A stretch of 64,000 nucleotides of DNA from Macrostomum lignano (taxonomy: Eukaryota), in the NCBI GenBank assembly GCA_002269645.1, contig NIVC01000639.1:376153-440152 (forward strand), in the 5' to 3' direction. The first letter of the stretch is position 1. The number at the start of each line of letters is the position of its first letter. Positions 59,332-64,000 of the stretch are shown here, piece by piece. Below the pieces are notes generated by a model. The model made no database searches, was not told the DNA's origin, and saw nothing but the letters and a program-made list of their open reading frames with translations. The position numbers and the translations under genes are program-made.

Positions 59332-60149
59332 ACTGCGCGGTCTGAATCCACGGCGCAGTCAAAATGGCCAGGACTTTATCAGAATTGCCAGAACCAACTA
59401 ACCAATAATAACTAGGTAGAGGCTAGGTAAAAAAGGAACGAAAGTGCGGAGTAATGTGTGCTGTGTCAAGTTTTGATGCGGAACGAATGAAAAAAATTCT
59501 AAGCTTATTAGAAGCAGTCCAAAAGTTTTTCCTTTACATGTAACTTTGCCGCTCTCAGTATCGATTTCTAAGACTGAAATAAGCAAAGTGAAAAAGACTG
59601 CAGCAGTCTCCAATAAAGTAACTTTTCTCTAGTTGGGAACAATTTTCATCATCAAGGATGCTGAGCTTCCTATCACGGGGCTATAATTTCTGTCCATCGG
59701 TTCTGAAAAAGCTTTCCCAAGTCAAAGTATCAGAAGTCCGTTGAACACACCAGAGACTCCAATCGGCTGTTGAATCCGACATGCACAAAACCGGAGCAGC
59801 CGAGAGAGCTGTTTTGCATACTAGATCAAAAAGCAATCTTGAACAAAGCTTCTTTTCAAAGCAAGCTGTTTTAGTAAATTTTTTAGTTCTGGTCACACTG
59901 ACTGATTTATTTACCAGAGACAAGGTCCGCTGATGAGTTACCCAATCCAAACTTTTTATAATTAACACCAGTCTTTTACGCTTCGCATTCTGTCGTTTTG
60001 TTATTTTTTAGTTTTTATGCGCAGCGCTATCGAAAAGTCACGCATGCCTGCTTTTTTATTCTTCGATTGGGCCAAAATTGCGTTGACAAAAGCGGAGCCC
60101 TGCATTGAACTGACAATGGTCGATAGCCTTTTCAGCACGCACAAAGGTT

Positions 60150-60555
60150 GCGATTTCAGGGGCCGGTTTTAACCTGCTCTGTAATCGTGTTTAGCCGACG
60201 GGGCCGCCCCCTCCGCCCGTCTGTGCGTGCGGCCCGCGCGTGTGCATCCCTGCCGCAAGGTGGGGTGCTGGGTGCCGGCCGGCAGGCGGGGGTGTTGGGT
60301 TGGGGGTGGGCGCTGTCGGCCCCCTTTTATTTGTGCGCTCACGCTCTCTCGTGCGCGCTGCGAGAGCGCTTTGGCTCGTAAAATATTTTTTATTAATTTT
60401 CTTGTAATGCTTGTATTCCGTTGCTTCGTGACTTCCCTTTTAATCGCCTCAAATCCTAAAATATATTCGCTATCGCAGGACTCGTTTCGTCCGCTGCCTT
60501 TGTCGCCACGCCTGTGCCTTCCCTCTTGCTGCTTTTGGCCCTGTTGGCTAACGTT
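60150..60555 (+). mobile_element. Unclassified dispersed repeat, copy 1
   Basis: Shares CTGTAATCG[T/C]GTTTAGC[C/T]GAC and CCTGTTGGCTAA blocks with the reverse complement of 62530-62880; absent from paralogous unit A. Confidence 0.5.
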
Positions 60556-62529
60556 GATTTTTTAACCAAGCTGGTACGTGTTCCTCTTCTTCACAAACCT
60601 TTCATTCTGTTTGCTCTGTTTTAAATCTGCTTACTTTTTTTCTGAATATTTGCTACGATGCGTCCAAACAGATGTTTAATCCACTTATTTTTGTTTCTCT
60701 CAATGCGTAAGAAAATCTACTCAATTTTTATCGATCTAAATGTTGCTCGTAGTCAACGTCTATACTCGTATATTGCCTTTTTTTAGACTATCACACACCT
60801 AATATAGATATAAATTATGCTTTTCTTGCCTTCATATCGTCAGCACTAACCCTTTAAATCTTAACCTACTGTAGTAAACCTAGTTCTGTAGCCCAGTCAA
60901 TTCTGTCGGCTTCTTGAAGTCAAATTTGTAAAAACTAGATAGATACTATATTCTAAAAACTTCTGTCTTCAATTTTTTTATACGTGACTTCAAAGTGTAG
61001 AACAAGGTTGCTGCAACTCGGACTGCTACTCAATAGAGCCTACGAGCGAAATGTTACTTCACGAGTTTCCTATACGGATGGGGAACTACGCTTGTACTGA
61101 CCAATCGGCTAAAGAATCTATCCCGTTGGGTTTTTATTTCAATTCGAGGCAAGATTACGGGCGCGCTCTCTGCACTACTTCCCAACGAGCATGAGATGGA
61201 GAGTGCGAGAGTGCGAGAGGGAGAGTGCGAGATGGATATATCACAGACTATCAGAACAGCAATGCCAAGGACAACTTAAGGTGAATATGAATAGAGCTAT
61301 AAGAAAGGCGCAACATATTAAAAGATGAACTCTGGGTCTGCATCCTGTACAATAACAATTTTTGCGCTGAAAAATGAAAACTATCTATCGCTGTAGTGTA
61401 TTTTTCGGCGAAAAGTTGCCTCTAAAAATTGCCATAGATTTTGAGTGTTGCTTCCCTCTACTTAAGTTGTCCTTGAGCAATCCTCGCTGGAAAGTACGCA
61501 GTTTCAACCACAGATACTATGGTTTCAACACAGTTGCACACCGATTCCATGCCATTGCCTTCCTAATTCACTAAAGCAACCACCGATTTTAAGATCATAT
61601 AGGATAAGTTGAGGCACCGGAAAAATTGACTCGTGCAGTACGGCAGATTTATTGAGTTATTATTTTATAGACGCTAATTTTGTCTAGAGTTCGAAGGGGG
61701 CATAGCCTAATGGTCTAGCGCAGCGCTCTGATGTGCCAGATTCCAAGTGCAGTTACATTAATTTGGGCTAAATTCGGGCTTGGGTCTACTCGTGCAAATG
61801 GCGCTCTTGAGGGGACAATCAGCAATGCACGAGGAAGTGTACATGCCTAACGATAAATATAGTTTGGGGCCGCTGTACACTCCTGTGCGTATGACTGCGT
61901 ACCTATCCGCGCGCTTCTGTGCCTGCTTAAGTCGAGTTGACCGAATGGGCAGTAATGCCTCTCGCCGGTTGTGTGACAATGTCGCCAAAAATGCGCCAGA
62001 GTGTAACACAGTCCCCTTCATCTAATAAAGGGGTCTGAATTTCTATGTGCTTCATACACAAGCGATGTTATATAGCGCTGCTGTGCGTACTTTCATTCGT
62101 CTGCTGCAATCCACTTGAATTGAAAATTTCGAATTCTCTCAACTGTGGTTGTTTTGGTAAATCAATCTTTAATCTACAATCTTATTACTGTCAGTAAGAT
62201 GGCCGGTAATTGATTTTGCGGTTTTTCTATTCTGTGAGACTTTTAAAAAGAAAATGAGAATACGGAGGTTTTTGACAGAGCATAAAAATACAAATATCGT
62301 CACACTCGCATTGTGAATGCATATGTAAGAACAAGCCAAGACGAAAATAGGCTTAAGGCGTAGACCGACTCTTGGCTGCCCAGGGCGCCAAGCACTCACT
62401 TATATATTATGATTGTACATAATAGCAAAAGTACGTACGGGCTAGTAAACTTGCGTACATGCAATCAACTAATCAAACCATCTTACACATATATTTATTA
62501 TACCCAATACTGGCCACTCAATAACTAAG

Positions 62530-62880
62530 ACTTTATTAGCCAACAGGACAAAGGCGGAAGGCGCGGGATGGCGAGGACGACGAAGGGCAGGCGAAGCGAG
62601 CCCGCTAGCAATTACGAGTATATTTCGATAGTATTGAAGTTTAAAAGAAACAAAAATTGCTGAGTAAAACAGGAGAACCAAAATCATAGGATAAAAGAAA
62701 AAGCAAGGAAAAGCAGAAGAAAAATTGCGAGGGCAAACGCGCTGATCAGACCATCGCGCACGCACATAAAAGGCCAACCGCCCCAGCACCCGGCGCACCC
62801 CCACCCCCACACGCTGGCACAAAGAACAGCCCGCGCAAGCACGCACAAAGGCACAAAGTCAGCTAAACGCGATTACAGCG
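62530..62880 (-). mobile_element. Unclassified dispersed repeat, copy 2 (inverted relative to copy 1)
   Basis: See copy 1; contains GGGCTCGCTTCGCC. Confidence 0.5.
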
Positions 62881-63349
62881 CCAGTAACCCAGCACTGATA
62901 TCGCCAACTTATTCACTCATTCATTAGTCATTATTAGAATGCTATATCGAATGGGAAATTATTGACTTTAGATGCATTGTAAGAATCTCGACTGACTGAA
63001 TTGCAATTCCAATTGAGATTGCGCCACAACTTTTTTTCTCCACTGTGTAGGCCTCAATACTGGCTGCAGTGTGCAAGGGACAGGAAAATGCTTAATGGCT
63101 GCGTGTGTACATTCTGACTGCATAGACAATTGCTATTTATACGCCCGTAGATTTCACTCAACTGTGCATTGGCTCTGGCAGCACACAACCTGTGCACACT
63201 GAGCAGCCTATCCACTGCTATGTGTTTGAATGAAGTGCTGAAGCATATATGGCTGATTTTCTCGTCCTCCAATCAACAGGCGGAATAGCCGCAGCTGTAG
63301 TCACTAGGACTAGGTTTAGGCGAGGCGTAAGGTCCCAGTTGCAAAGGTG

Positions 63350-64000
63350 ACAAGCCCCAGGGCACGCAGGGTTTCGGGGAACGAGCTGGCAGACACCCTC
63401 GCCAAGAGGGGCGGCTCTGGCTCTTTTTTCGGCCCTGCCCCCTGGTCCCTATGCCTTGACAGTCATCAATCGTCAGATCGACGACTGGGCTGACTCCCTC
63501 CACAGGGACAGATGGGCGGGCACCCAAAACTGCCGGCAATCTCGTGCCGCGGTTCCTTGCCCGTCTCACAGGCTCAGAAACATCCTTCTGAACCAGAATC
63601 GGAAGGATATTCGAGCCCTTATCATGACCCTTACCGGCCATGGCAACCTCGCCAGGCACTGCTTCCTCCGAGGCGACCTCGAGAGCGAAATTTGCCCCTT
63701 TTGCGAGTGCGACAATGAAGATGCTCAGCACTTTGTCTGTCACTGCCCTTTCTTTAACAGAGACCGGCTACGCTACCTCGGGCCGAACCCGTCCATTGAC
63801 GAGGTTTGCCAGCCCGACAGCATCCCACGGCTCATCCAGTTCCTTCGGGCGACTAGACGAGCCAGTTTCTTCCCAACGGAAGATCACGCTGCAGGACGGA
63901 CCGGCGGACCACCCTGACCGGCCCCACGCCTCTGCCTGTCTGCGGCCTTCAGGGGCTAGCGAATGGGCGACCTCGCCTCCCCGCTGTGTCTACGGACCAC
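63350..64000 (+). mobile_element. 5'-truncated non-LTR retrotransposon (RNase H-bearing LINE): ORF2 C-terminus and 3' UTR
   Basis: PGHAG..GNELADTLAKRG (RNase H C-terminal motif, with a 1-nt frameshift), LTGHGNLARH, and the CCHC knuckle CPFCECDNEDAQHFVCHCP; stop at 63915-63917. Confidence 0.88.

Larger units (their letters stand above)
57860..62212 (+). repeat. Segmental duplication, unit B (paralogous to 45065-51670)
   Basis: See unit A. Unit B lacks the 47-bp array and carries an extra insertion at ~60150-60555. Confidence 0.85.

Noticed and set aside
50494-59936. Hammerhead ribozymes at CTGATGA motifs (50494, 59930)
   Set aside because: No properly placed GAAA or flanking stems could be built, and the motifs are not conserved between the paralogous units.

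Overview
This is eukaryotic (animal) genomic DNA, not prokaryotic. It shows GC-rich exons, GT-AG introns packed with minisatellites, and many transposon remnants. The style suggests a free-living flatworm such as Macrostomum; this is an inference from sequence character, not a database hit. Main contents: (1) a disrupted EGFR/ErbB-like ectodomain exon (971-2422, -); (2) four co-oriented, functionally unrelated housekeeping genes on the - strand (PPP1R2, NDUFB9, a C2H2 zinc-finger gene, FRA10AC1; 13.5-31.7 kb) that look like a trans-spliced operon, with most introns and spacers filled by their own tandem array; (3) three paralogues of a secreted PAN/apple + Ser/Thr linker + LamG/ConA-like protein, two of them in a ~4.2-kb segmental duplication with mosaic identity; (4) mobile elements: a near-intact DD34D mariner, a deleted mariner, a TRIM-like mini-LTR element, a long-TIR foldback element with CpG decay, Ty3/Gypsy remnants, a piggyBac 3' remnant, a CORE-like SINE and a 5'-truncated RNase H LINE; (5) more than 25 tandem arrays. 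No rRNA, tRNA gene or CRISPR array is supported. All coordinates were read by eye, so repeat edges are approximate. Some single-base frameshifts may be sequencing errors.
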